A stretch of DNA of 64,000 nt, from the NCBI GenBank assembly GCA_025558095.1, contig JAIVFI010000036.1:471028-535027 (forward strand), given 5' to 3'. The stretch's first letter is position 1; each line of letters begins with the position of its first letter. The notes under the pieces were generated by a model. The model was not told the DNA's origin. It saw only the letters and a program-made list of their open reading frames with translations, and did not search any database. The translations under genes were made by a program, and so were the position numbers. Positions 10,037 through 21,982 of the stretch are shown here, one piece after another. This stretch comes from Hyaloraphidium curvatum SAG 235-1. Lineage: Eukaryota > Fungi > Monoblepharomycota.

Positions 10037-12825
10037 ATGCCTTCCCGCGGGCCACGGATCCCGGGAGCGGGCCTCCTGGCCGCGCTGCTGCTGGCATGCT
10101 TGGCCCTTTTGCGCCTCGCGGACGCGTGGCCGACGGGGTTGCCCTCGTCAATCATCGCGGAACGCGTCGCGGCCGTCGGCGACTTCGTCTCGGACTTTCT
10201 CTTCCTCGACGACTCGCGCCTCATCATCGTCGAGAAGCGCGGGCGGCTCGTGCTCTTCCGGGGCGGCGCGCAGGCCGGCGTGCTGCTGGACCTCACGGGG
10301 CGCGTCGCCCCGGCGGCAGGCGGTGCGTGCGCCGCTCCGTCCCTTCCGGCGCCCCCTAATCCCCGCAGATCGAGGCGTAATGTGCATCGCAATGGATCCC
10401 GGTTTCTACAGGGGCCGTCCGTACGTGTACGTCGGCTACACCGTCGACCCGAATCGGAACGGAGGTGGGCCTGCCGTCCCTCACGTGCTTCGGCGTGCGC
10501 CAATCCCGCCTCCAGCGATGAACTACAACATGCTCGCGAGGTTCACTTACCGCAATGATGCGCTGGTGGACGAGAGGCTGCTCATGGGCGGGGGGTGCAG
10601 GCTGGACGGAAGCTGGCAGCAAGGCGACAACTGTTCGGTGCGAGCTCCTTCGCTTCCTGATTTTCTCGCAGCAATGACCTTACTTACGCGCCCTCCGTAC
10701 GTGCAGCCCATGCCCGGCACGACCCACTCGATCGGCACCATCTGGTTCCCCGGCGACGGAGCCATGTGGGTCTCGGTCGGCGAGGGCAACATTCACGACG
10801 GTGCATTCTGGTACGACACGTACGGACAGGGCCGCGTGGGCGAGGCGCTCGCGGTAAGTCTCCTATGATGCCCAATCCGCAGGAGCTCACCCCTGCCCCC
10901 TTTGCCACAGATGGATCCCAACTTTCTCGGCGGCAAGATCCTCCGCCTCAATCCCGACAACGGCGCTGGCCTATCGAGCAACCCCTTCTACAACGGCAAC
11001 GTGTGGAGCGCCAGGAGCAAGGTGTGGGCCGTCGGCCTGCGCAACCCGTTCCGGTGCGCGGGCGGGCCGGGCGCCGTCTACTGCGGCGACGTCGGCTGGT
11101 ATACATGGGAATCGTTCAAAGTCATCTACAGGGGGCAGAACATGGGATGGCCTTGGTGAGGTGCACGGTGCTGTCGGAGAGCCTCTTGCTGACGGGCTCG
11201 CGGTTCAGCTGGGAGGGCAACAACATCCCGCCCGGGCAGAACCCCGGCACTCCCATCTGCCAGCGCATCTACGGCGGCGACAACCCGTACCCCGGGATCC
11301 CCGGATCGCGGGGCGTCCTCTTCCAATGGAACCACAACGGCGCATCCTCGGCGGCCATCGGCGGCGTGCAGATACCCTCGTACTACCCCGGCGTCGGCGG
11401 CCGCTGGATCGTCGCGGACTACACGTCTGGCCAGGTCTGGGCGCTCACCCCCTCGGGCTCGGCCGTGACCTTCTTCAGGAATGCCGACAACCCGGTCGGC
11501 TTCCGCGTTGGACCGGACGGCTGGCTCTACTACATCAACAACTCGGGTGGCACCCTCGTACGCTTCCGCATCCGCGGCTTCACGCCCCCTCCGAATCCCA
11601 CCATTCCCCGGGGCACCACCGCGCGCCCTGTGCGAACCACCAGCAAACGCCCTCCGGACCCGCTGTGCGCGCCGACCGGGGCGGCACGGATCGTCGTGCC
11701 CACCTGCGCGGTCGCCGCTGGGCAGCAGCCCATCGGCGACGTCACGTTCCTCTCCAGGGAGGGCTGGCCGAGGAGCAGGCTGCGGTTTGCGAGGAACGGA
11801 AACTGGGGTCCAGTGGGGCTGGATGCTTCGGTGGGGAGGAGGGGCCAGCCGCAGACGGGGAGGACGCTGAACGTGAACAACCGGTGGTTCATCACCGGTT
11901 GGGGAACGCACTCGATCAGGTGGGTTCTGCTGAGCCGGAAGCCGACGTGCCTGATATCCTTGTCCAGCCAAATCATCGTCTCGCTCAACCGGTGCTGCTT
12001 CCGAATCACCGGCTTCGTCGGCGTCGACGAGGAGGTCCGCCGCTTCTACCCGCAGTGGAACCTCCAGCTCACGAACGTGACGCACACCAACGTCGAGGGC
12101 TCCTGGACAGTGCGCATCCTCGATACCAACCGTCTGGTCTGGAACTCGACCACGGCGCGCCGCATGCGCCTTGGGCAGAACCCCATGCCCTTCGACATCC
12201 GCAACCTGCAGCGCTACAACCGCGTGCAGTTGGACGCCGCCGTTCCCCCCGCCCTGGATCCCCGCCGAGCAGATGTCTGGACCCCCGCGCACCTCAACTG
12301 GGCCGAGGTCAAGGCCTACTGCGGCCCGCGCGCGCCCTACGCCCCGATCATCACCATGACCTCCCCGCCCGAGGGTTTCGCGGCCCAGCCCAACTCGATG
12401 GTGCGGTTCTCGGCCCGCGCGACCTACTGGGACCGCCGAACTCCGGTGCCGGCGTCCATGTTCCGCTGGGACATCAACCTGGTGCACTGCCAGGGGTTCC
12501 TGTGCCACCAGCACAACCCGTTCCAGTTCCAGGGGGTGCTTGCTGGTGCTTTTAACGCGACAGCGCACGATGACACCGATCAGCAGTGTGAGTTTGGCGG
12601 GCAGGGCGGGCGTTGCCCGGCAGGCTTCGCGCTGGGATGGGACACCCATGAGGGACTCGGCCCCGCCTGACGCGCAACCTACTGGCCTGGCGATGGACAA
12701 TGCTGACCGACTTCTCCCCTGCAGACTACTATTATTCGGTGCAGCTAACCGTCCGCGACCGCTGCGGCAACTCCGACATCGTTCGGCGTTCGGTCAGCAT
12801 GGTTGGATTCCAAGCGATGCCCTAG
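10037..12825 (+). CDS. Secreted glucose/sorbosone (PQQ-dependent) dehydrogenase-like beta-propeller with NPCBM/NEW2 domain; multi-intron
   Basis: Signal peptide. GSDH motifs IVEKRG, THSIGTIWF..DGAMWVSVGE, GKILRLNPD..NPF, WAVGLRNPFR, GDVGW, NMGWP and GPDGWLYY. NPCBM-like NGNWGPV..GWGTHS..GFVGVDEE. The last exon ends at TAG 12823-12825. Confidence 0.8.
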
Positions 12826-12992
12826 ACAAAAACAGCAAGCAACCGCGGATATCTATATTGAACGAAAGGCAGATTGTACCATACCACTGAAGACCATAGA
12901 ATATGATTGGCGTCGCTGGGCAATGGAGTGGATAGTTGGATGGGCTCGAGATTCGGATCGAGCGGCGAGCGACGAGCGACGAGCTTCCAAAC

Positions 12993-13715
12993 ATGGATGA
13001 CCTCTGGGCGAAACTGGACCGTCTAGTCGTGCTGCGCCTCCGCGATCTCCCTCCGGACGTGTTAGACGATGCACCGGATCCCGATCCCGACGATGCCGAT
13101 GGCGACGACGTGTCCGGTGCCCCTGAGCCCCGGGAACGCGCCGTCCCCCTCTCCTGCGCTCGTGCGCTTCTCCACGCCCACCCGTCGGCCGTTCCCTCCC
13201 TGTTTGCCGACCGTGGCATGGCAAAGGACGACTTCGCAGCCGCGGTGTGGTTCCGCTGCCCTCACGCTGGCTGCGGTGGCGCGGTCCTGTTCAAGGTCAA
13301 GGGAACGGGGTACCCCGCGCGGAAGGAGAACTTCGGGAGGTGCCGCAGGTGCGCCAAGGCGCCGCTCATGGAGCTGCGCAAGGACGCACCAGCGACGGCG
13401 ACGCGGTTCGTCGAGCGGACGACGGGGAAGCCGCTGGACCTCGTCTTCTCCGCTGCCGTGGACGGCAACCAGCTGTTCGCCTACAATGCGGCGCACGTCG
13501 AGTACCTGTACTTCCACGTGGCGGCCGAGTTGCGCGTGCGACCCGTTTCGGAATCGTGCGCGCACTCCGGCAGAGAAGGGGGGCTGGACGCTAGGAGCTG
13601 CACGGCGTGCGGGCAGGCGGCGCGCATGCCGGGGTTCCTACGGAATACCAGGCTGAGGAAGAAGCTGCTCGGGATACTCGAAGAGTGGAGGGAGCAGGGA
13701 GAGTCTCTGACGTGA
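12993..13715 (+). CDS. Zinc-ribbon protein resembling a bacterial hypothetical family (LWAYNxxHL..LRER..RLPxW type)
   Basis: CPHAGC and CRRC pairs, then LFAYNAAHVEYL..AELRVR..ARMPGFLRN. Intronless. Confidence 0.65.
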   Translation: MDDLWAKLDRLVVLRLRDLPPDVLDDAPDPDPDDADGDDVSGAPEPRERAVPLSCARALLHAHPSAVPSLFADRGMAKDDFAAAVWFRCPHAGCGGAVLFKVKGTGYPARKENFGRCRRCAKAPLMELRKDAPATATRFVERTTGKPLDLVFSAAVDGNQLFAYNAAHVEYLYFHVAAELRVRPVSESCAHSGREGGLDARSCTACGQAARMPGFLRNTRLRKKLLGILEEWREQGESLT

Positions 13716-13773
13716 CAGACCGCTCTCTTTTTCACTACATACAACGAGAATCACAGACTTGACCTGCCCGACT

Positions 13774-15348
13774 CTAGACGTACTGGTCGCCCTCCCTCTT
13801 CTGCCCCTTTGCGTAGACCCCGACCGTCTGCCACATCTCCCGCATGATCAGGTTGGCCTGGTGCGGGTCGTTCCCGATCTTGTGGCGCATGTTGACAAAG
13901 TCGACGATGGGCCACTCCATCGAGGTGTTGGAGATGTCCTGAACCCACGTGGACTGCGAGAACAGGTCAGCGGGCGGCAAAGAAGGGAAAAGGGAAGGAG
14001 GCTTACGTCCGTGGACATGTAGTGGCCGGTGAGCGACTTGCGGAACTTCTGGGTCCGGTTCTTGCCGCTGCCGTGGATCTGCGGCCGCAGAACTTAGCTG
14101 CGCCCATCTTCCGTCCCATCGGCATAGCCCACCATGAAAGGGTGGAAGAAGACGGTGTCCCCGGGCTGCAGCTCGGCGTACACCAGCGGCAGGTTCTCGG
14201 GCGAGATCCCCACGACGCCGTGGAACCCGGCGTTCTTGTCCTCCCACGGCGGCACGTCGTGCCGCAGCAGGCCCAGCTTGTGGGTGCCGGGGATGAAGGA
14301 CAGGCACCCGTTCTCGCGGGTGGCGGGGTTGATGGCGGTCCAGACGCCGATGGTCGGGCCGAAGACGGGGAAGTAGATGAGGTCCTGGTGGAGGGGGTGG
14401 CGGCCGGTGACGCCGGCATCCGGAGGTTCTGCGGGACGAAGTGAGCTGGGGTGTCGGATCGACCCCAGGAAAGACTCACTGTTGATGACCATCATGTCGA
14501 TGGTCTTTAGGCCGTAGCCGCAAAAGGCGCTGGCGATCTCGGTCATCCTAGGGTCGTAAATGTACTTCTTCAGCACGTCGTCCGTGTGGATGAAGTTGAA
14601 CTGAGCCAAGCAGATCGAGTCAGGGTGGGAGAGGACCAGTCCAGTCAGTGCCCCGAAGGAGACCCAGCCAACCCAGTCAAGTCAGTGTGCGGAAGGAGAC
14701 CAGTCTCGTCAGTGCACGGAAAGAGATTGGCGGCGGGCCGCGCACCTTATAGACGATGTTCTGGCTCTTCTCCATCCACTTCGGCAGCTCGCCCGACTTG
14801 ATCCGCTTGATGATCGAGACGTCGCGCACGACCACCATGTCCGGCGGCACGGGCCGGCGGCCCTCGCAGATGTCGGCGAACCGCTGCTCGCACTCCTGCA
14901 GGAACGGCACGTCGAGGTGGTTCCGGCGGATGAGGTAGCCTGGTCGGCGGCGGAAGTTCCAGTGCCCTGCGGACGGCCCCTGCCGGCTTTGCCCACCGTT
15001 GGCGTCGTAGAAATCCCGCTCCTCGACGGTGAGCACGCCGGCCGACTGCTCGTCGTCGCTGTAGCGCCATTTGCCGGTGCCGTGCACCTTGGGGTCGTAC
15101 AGCGTCATCGACTCCCTCGGCCGCTCCCACGGCGGGCGCCCGAACGCCGCGTTGAACGCTTCGACGTCCTTGCGGATGGCGGTGTACCGCTCGCGGTCCC
15201 ATTCGGGCACGCCGCGGCCGATGAACTCGTCGACACTGTGGACGAGCTCGCGGGTCGGCGCCGCAGCCAGCGGTCCCGCCGGTCCCGCGGCGCACGGCGC
15301 GTCGAGCTGAGAGGCGAGCTGCCCCAGGCGGCGGGTCGCGGAGGCCAT
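13774..15348 (-). CDS. PHYH: Phytanoyl-CoA dioxygenase (PhyH family 2OG-Fe(II) oxygenase), peroxisomal; multi-intron
   Basis: Motifs FYDANG, MVINK-PPDAG..RHPLHQDLIYFP, WTAINPATRENGCLSFIPGTHK and LQPGDTVFFHP. N-terminal PTS2-type nonapeptide RLGQLASQL. Confidence 0.85.
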
Positions 15349-15540
15349 CTCGAGGTGGCGCCGCTGGTTGTGACGCAGAGGTTTCCGCTGGCGGTGGCAA
15401 GGGCACCCGCCGACTCGGGGGCAAAGAGCAACCTGGGCCGTCTCCCAGGCCGATCCGCCACCGATTACCCGCTTTCCGACGCTGACATCATCGAAAGCAA
15501 ATAGGTTCTAGTCATTGGGAGACCCTCTGCCGCTTCCAGG

Positions 15541-16895
15541 CTACAGCTTGGTCTGCCCGACCCCTGAATCCTCAACATCGCTCGCCTTGACCACCACCTT
15601 CCCCCAGGTCTTGCCCGATCCCAGAGCGATCATCCCGTCCTTCGCGCTCGCCAGTCCCACAAAGGGCGTGGTCTGCTTCATCCGATCCGCTGCCGGGCCG
15701 GCGGGGTTGTACACGGGCGGGACGAAGCCGCCCTTTTCCAAAAGCCGCAGGGCGCCCGGGATGTGCCCGCGGGTCGTCGCCGGCTCGTCGGTCCAGTACG
15801 AGCCCCTGGCGGCGAATGCTGATTAGCGAGAGGCCGGATCTGGCGGCTATCAGGGGTTCCTACCAAGCGATGCCCATGACCTCGATGTTCTTCAGCAACA
15901 ACCGGTTCATCGGCAGGCTGGGCAGCGGCGGCAGCGCGGCGCCCTGGTTCCGGTCCAGCCCGGGCACCGCGCCCCGGCCAGCAAAGCCGATGACGATCAG
16001 CCTGCCGTTCCGCGCGATGCACTTGAGCGACTTTGCCGGGTCGCCCACGGGGTCGATAATGACTGCCACAAGCGTCAGGGGAAGGCAATACCGACCGCAA
16101 ATCGACCCACCGTCTGCGCCTGGCCATGCCTTGCCCATCTTCTTGGTGATGGCGAGCACCGTCTTGTCCCATTCCGTGTCCTCGATGTAGTTGATCAAAT
16201 GGTCCGCCTTCCCCTCTGTCCGGCACACCTCCAGCTTCTCCCTGCTGCTCGCCACGGCAATCACCGTCGCCCCCAGCACCTTCCCCATCTGGCACGCGGC
16301 GATGCCCACCCCGCCCGCGGCCGCCAGCACCAGCAGCACCTCGCCCTTTTTGATCCGCGCCTTTTCGACCAACGCGCAGTACGTCGTCGCGTAGCACGCC
16401 GGGATCGCGGGGGCCGCGATCATCGGGAGCCAGTCCGGGAGGGGGAAGACCTGCTCGATGGGCGGGTCGGGGAAGGAGGGGGAGGACCAGGTCACGGGCA
16501 CGAGGATCTGCTGCGACCACGTGCCGTGGTCTTCTTCCGGGTCAGCGGCGCGCGGGAACGGCGCGGAGGGACCTACGGATGGTCGGCATCGAGGAGACAT
16601 TCTGCAGGATCGAGATGCCGAAGACGCGCTGGCCCGGCCGCCATTTGTCCCGCACCGCGGAGCCGACCTTGAGCACCACGCCGGAAAAGTCTGTGCCGCC
16701 CGCGAAGGGGAGCTTCGGCCGGTTCTGGTAGTTGCCCGTGATTACAAGCAAGTCCGCGAAGCCGATGCCGACGTAGGCGATGCCGATGAGGAGTTCGTTC
16801 GGCGCGGGTTCGGGGGGGACGGGGATGCGGACGACGGAGAGTTCGGAGGGGGAGGAGATGTAGCGGTCTTGGAGCAGGGATTCCTGGAGCGCCAT
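15541..16895 (-). CDS. Medium-chain reductase, NADPH:quinone oxidoreductase/zeta-crystallin-like; multi-intron
   Basis: Motifs GIGFADLLVITGNYQ..PF..GTDFSGVV, KKGEVLLVLAAAGGVGIAACQMGK..GATVIA, GRLIVIGFAG, LLLKNI and GKTWGKVVV. Ends in TKL, a PTS1-like tripeptide. Confidence 0.85.
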
Positions 16896-17218
16896 AGCGG
16901 CGGCGAGAATGGAGGAAGGAACGGGCCGATTACCGCGGCGCAGAAGCAAAGGAGGGAGACAGCAAAGGATTGGTTCGCGGTGGTCGACGTTTCCTTGCAG
17001 GTCCGCGTGCGCTGGAACAGCGTTTCCTCGAGGGCCGCGGTCTGGCCGCCTTTTACCGACGAACTGCCCCTGAGACGCTCTCGACGGGTTGTGGCAGTGA
17101 GCAACTGGTTACTCGAGCTCTCTTGGGGGCCCGTTGTAGGAGGACACGAGCTGTGGACATCTCGGGGCCAAAAAGGACCAGAAAGGCGATAGCCCAGGCG
17201 CTTCCGAGGGACCGCAGA

Positions 17219-18686
17219 ATGGCGGACAAGGCCGACGCTGAACCGACGCCGCTGTCCCTCGGACCGAGAGAATGGCTGCCGTTTTTTCCTGAGGCACCGC
17301 CGCCTGCCCGGGGCCGCGCCGACGATGCTCTCCGTGATCCCGCCCGTGCAGCACGCGAGGCCGACCCGCTGGACGTCGATGCCCTGATTGCCGCCCTGGC
17401 CCCCGCGCCCTCCCTCGCGGGGGCCGTGCAAATGCAGCGCTCGCTCGCGCCGTACACGTCGTGGTACGGGCTGCATATGTGGCTCCTTCTGCTCGGCAAC
17501 CTCCTTCCGCTGGCGCCGGCCTTTGTCTTCAACGACGGCCGCTTCTCCGTGCAGGCCATGGCCGCTGGAGCCGTTGCCCACGCATTGCTGCGTTTGTATC
17601 CCCTCCCGAAGGTGCGCTTCGGCAGGGACCCGGGACTGCTCATGAAAGGATCCCTCGACACGCACCCGATGGCGGGCCTGGCGCGGTGGTTTCAGCTGCT
17701 GCGAGAGGGACCGCCTCCCGCACCCCTTGTTGAGCACGATCCGGAGGACGACGCGTGCCCCTGTCCTTTGCCTGCCTGCGCGGGACGACTGGCGCTTCGG
17801 GCCACCGTCATTCGGGCCGCATATCTCGCAGTGATTGCTCTACTGTTCCTCGCACACGCATTGCTGCTTCTGTGGACTCCAGCCGTGACTTTGGCGGACC
17901 AGACGTGGTCCCACGCCTGGAGTGCAATCCTTATCGCCGTCGCGGGTGCGCTCAACGTCAACATCGCGCTGGTCGACAACGCCCTCATTTTCTCGCAGGC
18001 TTTTTCTCTGATCCAGATTCAGCGGCGCCTGCGAGTTCGGGCCCTTACCCGGGCACTCGATTCTTTTTGTGGACGAGTACCGAGCGGTTCTGCTGGACGG
18101 TAGCAGGGGCCAGGAAGGGGCCTCCGGCGGAGGGTTGTTGCCCTTCGAGCCCTACCAGGCACTACACAAGGCCTTGGAGGGTGCCTGGTCTTCGCAGGCC
18201 GCGCTCCCGGCACAGGTCCAAATCATCTGAACAGCATCTTCAACATCACGGCCACCGCCATCGTCTTCATGGCGTCCAGTCGGGATCCTGCTTGCCCGCC
18301 TTTTTGCTCGCATGGGCGCTCCTCTTGCTGTTCACCTTTGGCTACGCGCTCGTCAACGCCGCTGCCGTCACTGCCGAGGTGTTTCTGTCCGCCGCTCGCG
18401 CTGCCGACGTCCTCGCCGAAATCCGAGCTCTCGCAGTGCGGGCCTCGCTCCTGCCCCGCACTCCCGCGCGTTCATTGGGCCTGGATGCTCTTCGATGATA
18501 CGAAGGTGTGCTGACGTCGTTCCAGCACACGGAGAAGTACGCAGGCAAGCTGTTCGGGTTCCCCGTGACATTCGGTGTGCTGAGGACCGCCGCCGCGTCG
18601 GTGCTACGCTGCTGCTCGGGCTGTGGAGCGTGCTGAGGGGACTGGGGATTTTTGTTACTCTCGAGATAGTGTGCCCGGTGCGGTAA
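17219..18686 (+). pseudogene. Disrupted multi-pass membrane protein, paralogue of 46317-47946
   Basis: Shares PxEWL, HDPxDxxCxCP..C, WTPxVTLA and LFGFPVT..RT..LWSVLRGLG..VTxE.C with the paralogue. Frameshifts near 18065, 18228, 18280 and 18600 plus an in-frame TGA at 18496-18498. Confidence 0.65.
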
Positions 18687-18760
18687 GCAATCGATCGCAT
18701 CGATCTCATCGGACGAGCCCGAGCCTTTGATGGGAACCCTAGCATGTCCATCTATTCCAT

Positions 18761-20053
18761 TTAATCGAGCGGGCCAGGCGCTGGCAGATCGTCGTCCTCG
18801 TCGTCCCCGTCGTCGGCCAGGTCCGCATCCACGCTCTTGGCCAGCTCGTACAGCCCCAGAGCCGCCGCCGACGGGAGCACCGCCCTCCCCACCTGCCCCA
18901 ACATCCCCTTGAAAAAGAACCGCATCCCTTTTTCCCTCACGGCCTTGAGCACCGACCTCGCGTGCGCCCTCCTGCCGTTGGCCCCGTTGGCCCCGTTTAC
19001 GCGGCGGTTCCCGTTCCTGTGCCCGCCGCCGGTACCCTCCATCTCGCCCGTCACGGGGTCCCACACGATCCGGTCCCCGCGAGCGTCCAGGTAGGCGGTG
19101 CGGACACGATCCAGGGGCGCCGTGGCGAGCTGGAACGCGGCACCGGCGAGGGAGCCGGCGAGGAGCACGTCCGCGGCCTTTGTGCGCCAGCCCGGGGGGG
19201 CGGCTTGGCCGTCTTCGGAAGACGGGGGATGGAAAAAAAACCGCGAGACGGGATGCAGCCGTTTCAGGTGGGTGTAACACCCGAAAAACAGCGAGAAGCC
19301 CAGGGCGTCCTTGGCGCCGGCGAAGGAGAGCCCGGTGTAGGCCCAGCGGACCTTGCGCCACGTCCTTGGCCCGCTGTACTCGCGCGATGCCTCCTTGATC
19401 CTGATTCGCAGGGTTTTGGCGTCCACAAAAGGGGGCTGCAGGACACGGTAGAGGTTCTCGAGAGGGGTAGAAACCAGCGCCTGCGAGGCCCCGCCAATGG
19501 CGCCGGCAACAAAGGGCACGGCAGCAGTGCCGAGGGCTGGACCGAGGAGCGAGGTGGAGACCTGGTAGGTCTGGAAAAGCAGCAGTCCCGAAAGAGAGTT
19601 GAACAGGACGAGGGGGAACACCAGCGACGCCGGGTGCGAGGGCTGCGGAGGATGCTCCTTGGCATTGGCCTCCCCGTTCTTCTTCCCATGGGGCCTCCCA
19701 ATGCGAGCGCGCGACTTGACGCGCTCCCAGACGATCTGTCCCGCCGTCACCGGTGCGCGGGTGGGCCGGAAGAGTCGAACAGGGCTCTTGAAGTAGCCCT
19801 TTAGCAACGATTTCAGGCCCGTAGCCAAGACCAGCGAGGGCGAGGCGAATGCCTTGCCGAGGGCGGCGGCAAAGGGGGGGAAAGTCGATGGCGCGGGTTC
19901 CGGTGTGTCCGAAGTTGGTGGGGGCGCGGTCCGTGGCGGCGCGCCGGCGGGCTGCCGCGAGGGCGACACGGTGGCCGGTCGGTCCCGAGTACGTTCATCG
20001 GATTGCTGCGACGTGCCCGACTTCGTGTCGCCAGGGCCCGGGTCGGCGGCCAT
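18761..20053 (-). CDS. Divergent mitochondrial carrier (SLC25-like) protein
   Basis: Carrier-type helices and signature motifs AGAIGGASQALVSTPLENL, KDALGFSLFFGCY, AGSLAGAAFQLATAPLDRVR and GMRFFFKG. Confidence 0.75.
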   Translation of the reverse strand: MAADPGPGDTKSGTSQQSDERTRDRPATVSPSRQPAGAPPRTAPPPTSDTPEPAPSTFPPFAAALGKAFASPSLVLATGLKSLLKGYFKSPVRLFRPTRAPVTAGQIVWERVKSRARIGRPHGKKNGEANAKEHPPQPSHPASLVFPLVLFNSLSGLLLFQTYQVSTSLLGPALGTAAVPFVAGAIGGASQALVSTPLENLYRVLQPPFVDAKTLRIRIKEASREYSGPRTWRKVRWAYTGLSFAGAKDALGFSLFFGCYTHLKRLHPVSRFFFHPPSSEDGQAAPPGWRTKAADVLLAGSLAGAAFQLATAPLDRVRTAYLDARGDRIVWDPVTGEMEGTGGGHRNGNRRVNGANGANGRRAHARSVLKAVREKGMRFFFKGMLGQVGRAVLPSAAALGLYELAKSVDADLADDGDDEDDDLPAPGPLD

Positions 20054-20123
20054 CGGGTGGAAGACGCGCGTCGGCTGATGTCAACAAAGGACGCGCAAGC
20101 GTCGTCCTTCCTCAAGTCTCGAG

Positions 20124-21317
20124 ATGCTCTTCGCGGGGCTCCTCTTCAGAGCCTTCGGATGGCGTTCTAAGCCCGCGAACACTCCCGTACCGACCCTCTA
20201 TGCCCGCTCCCTGGCCCCGCCGGCGATGCCGTCCGCGATCCAGCGTGACGCGTGTCCCCTCCTTATTCCCGAACTGGCTGTCGACGTTGCTTCTTTCCTC
20301 AGACCATGCTCTCGGGACATGCTGAACCTCATGCTCTCGTGTCGGGACGCGTTTGAGGTGCTCCTGCCGCAGATGTACGCGTCCTTCACCCTCACGGACA
20401 TTGGCGAAGGAACGGAGGAGACGGTCGACGCGTTGGAGCGCAGGGGCGTCTTTCGTTTCGTGAAACAGCTCGATACTCGCCAGCCCGACGAGGAGGAGGA
20501 GTGCTTCTTCGCGGACGACTTGGCCCGACGCGTGCTGAGCCTGTGCCCGAACCTCGAGGGCCTGGCGATCCAGATCCGGAGCGTAATGGACGTCGAAGCA
20601 CTCAGTAGTCACAGCCTCGACAAGCTCAAGAGGCTCTCTCTCAAGTATGTCGCCGAGGACTTTGACGAAATGCTCCGCGCATCCCCACCGCGGCTCAAGC
20701 GGCTGGAGTGACTTCGATTGCTGGACGTCGAGTGTCCCCTCGATCACGAGCTCTTTGCCGCGCTCGACGTCGCGTGCCCGGACGGCGTGGTCATGAGCAT
20801 GGAAACCTTCTTCACCGTCAACGACGACCTGCGCGCGTTGCCCGATCGGCTGCTCCGGATGGTGGATACCTGGACGGTGCCGCCCGAGCAGGAATGGAAG
20901 CTCTCCTGCATGGCGGAGAATCCCGGTTTCCGGCCCCGCGCGACCAACCTCCATGAAGTAAGCTACAACCGTTTTCCCGTCGACGCCTGGTCCAGCATCT
21001 GCCCACTGGACTCCCTCGCCGAGGCGTACATCCCAAACCTCACCACGGGGATGGCGGGAGACGCTAATCCGAACCTGCAGAGGCTGGAGATCGGAATCCT
21101 TTTCTTCGGGGGACACCCCGCGGAGCAGACGAGGGCCCTCCTGGACCGTTATCCGCCCCTGGAGGTCGTTGTTCGCGCCGTGGACATCATACCGAGGGGT
21201 GAAAGCACTGAGGTGGCGCGTGCGGTGATCGCCGAGTTTGAGATGTGGGAGGCGCACGGTGTGCTCGAGGGCGTGGCCGTCGTGGGGTTGGAGGAGATGC
21301 GGGACCTGGCGGCTTGA
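20124..21317 (+). pseudogene. F-box-like/LRR-like protein interrupted by a single in-frame TGA at 20709-20711
   Basis: N-terminal LIPELAVDVASFL..LNLMLSCR and an LRR-like LCPNLEGLAI. ORFs 20124-20711 and 20718-21317 are in the same frame. Confidence 0.6.
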
Positions 21318-21982
21318 TGAGGCGGCAAAGTGCAAAGTTAGCAGTTGCGCCAAAGAGCTCTTGACCGTGACTGCCTGGCCATTGGTCCTCGGCGTGTCCG
21401 GGCGTCGGCCAGCACCATGCCTGGTGGTGGAATAGAACTGTAGCGAGGGGCTAGAATTCTGCCTTGGCGCTTGATCCCACAACTTCACACATTGAACTGG
21501 AGTTCGAGTGCGACCACTGACACGCTCGGAAAACGGGAGCGGACGAGTGAAGGTGGCCGGTTCAGGATTGATGGGCCTTCTCGTGCGGCCGGGGGCCGGT
21601 CTTAGGAGCCCTGCGGCCTGCTAAACATCATCCGAGCCATCAGTTCGACTCGCCACTTCCACCTAAACCGGGCTTCCTTTCAGGAGAATGGCCGACCGAT
21701 CACAAAAGGGTTTCAAAGGGTTTTCGAACAAGACCAGCCAGGGCGGAGATGTTCGTCATCTGGTTTTCCGGCAGGACCAGGCCTGCCACCGGCTTCGAGT
21801 CTCACTTCAAGACACCATGACGACAAGCTGTGAGGCGCGACCCTGCCCCCGGCTTCCCGGGAGGCCAGGGGCGATTACTGGGTCCCCTTGTCACTGGCTG
21901 TCGATGTCCAGCCAATCTCCCTGGCAGCTGCGCCCCTTGGCGCAAAAAGGTCCGCCCCGCTCTAGCTCGTCCGCCCGCCGCA

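Noticed and set aside
18496-20711. TGA reassignment or selenocysteine as the explanation for the in-frame TGAs
   Set aside because: Many intact genes here terminate in TGA, the positions are not redox Cys sites, and one locus also has frameshifts.
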